From NCBI GenBank assembly GCA_963785085.1, contig CAWAUD010000007.1, positions 28,613-92,612 of the forward strand: a DNA stretch of 64,000 bases. The letters run 5' to 3'. The notes under the pieces are model-generated. The model had not been told where the DNA came from. It saw nothing but the letters and a program-made list of their open reading frames with translations, and made no database searches. Source of the stretch: an uncultured Solirubrobacterales bacterium. GTDB lineage: Bacteria > Actinomycetota > Thermoleophilia > Solirubrobacterales > JBBDJG01. Made by a program: the position numbers and the translations under genes. Below are positions 63,584 to 64,000 of this stretch, in pieces (within the stretch, counting starts at the first letter, position 1; each line of letters starts with the position of its first letter).

Positions 63584-63965
63584 CGGTTCCCTCGACTTCC
63601 TTCTTCCAGATCGGCGCCTCGGCCTTGATGCGGTCGATGATCTCGCGCGCGCCCTCGAAGGCCTCCCCGCGGTGGGCAGCGGAAGCGGCGACGAGGACGC
63701 TCGACTCGCCGAGCGGGACGGTGCCGATCCGGTGCTCGGCGGCCGCGCCTTCAAGGCCGTGGCGCTCGACCGCCTCGGCGACGATCCGCGCCATCCGCTC
63801 CTCCGCCATCTCGCGGTAGGCCTCGTATTCGAGCCGGTCGACGTCGCGCGTGGTCCCCTGGAACGTCACGACCGCTCCCGCCCCGGGGGCGCCGACCATC
63901 GCTGCCAGCCGCTCCACCGACAGCGGCTCCTCGGTGACCCGCACGTGATGCGCCGTGACGCTCAT
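63534..63965 (-). CDS. moaE: Molybdopterin synthase catalytic subunit
   Basis: GAVVTFQGTTR, LEYEAY, HRIG, SAAHRGEAF, IKAEAPIWKKE. Confidence 0.93.
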   Translation of the reverse strand: MSVTAHHVRVTEEPLSVERLAAMVGAPGAGAVVTFQGTTRDVDRLEYEAYREMAEERMARIVAEAVERHGLEGAAAEHRIGTVPLGESSVLVAASAAHRGEAFEGAREIIDRIKAEAPIWKKEVEGTGERWVDGRRPPADSPG

Positions 63966-64000
63966 CCCAGCTTCACCACTCTCGCCGTCGCCGTCGCGCG

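Noticed and set aside
60000..64000. tRNA-Sec (selC) near selA/selB
   Set aside because: No tRNA-like cloverleaf with a TCA anticodon found by eye in the intergenic gaps
63962..64000. 3' end of a gene upstream of moaE
   Set aside because: Only ~12 codons are visible, too little to assign

Overview
GC-rich bacterial chromosomal segment. Gene content and style point to Actinomycetota, most likely Thermoleophilia/Solirubrobacterales (inference). A conserved housekeeping backbone (glyQS, rsmI, metG, tatD, rsmA, ispE, tRNA-Gln, glmU, prs, rplY, pth, mfd, prsA-like foldase, mazG, eno, divIC, csrA, selB, selA, moaE) is interleaved with accessory genes, many for secreted proteins. Many genes, including essential ones, carry single-base frameshifts, which most likely reflects an unpolished long-read assembly rather than pseudogenes. 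Highlights: (1) a two-gene locus near tRNA-Gln encoding a secreted Q/N/G/T-rich four-repeat protein plus a membrane-anchored single-repeat partner, joined by an SD-sequestering RNA stem (candidate functional amyloid/fibre system); (2) an ars operon (arsR-arsI-R2-like diiron protein-aquaporin-arsC) with an unexpected ferritin-like enzyme; (3) a ~155-nt rod-like ncRNA candidate upstream of mfd; (4) a ~190-aa Cys-containing C-terminal domain shared by two unrelated secreted proteins; (5) a CsrA site over the csrA SD, pervasive leaderless promoters, a sigma28-type promoter on a diguanylate cyclase, and a heptamer repeat inserted in frame in a shortened selB. All calls are by eye; no database searches were run.
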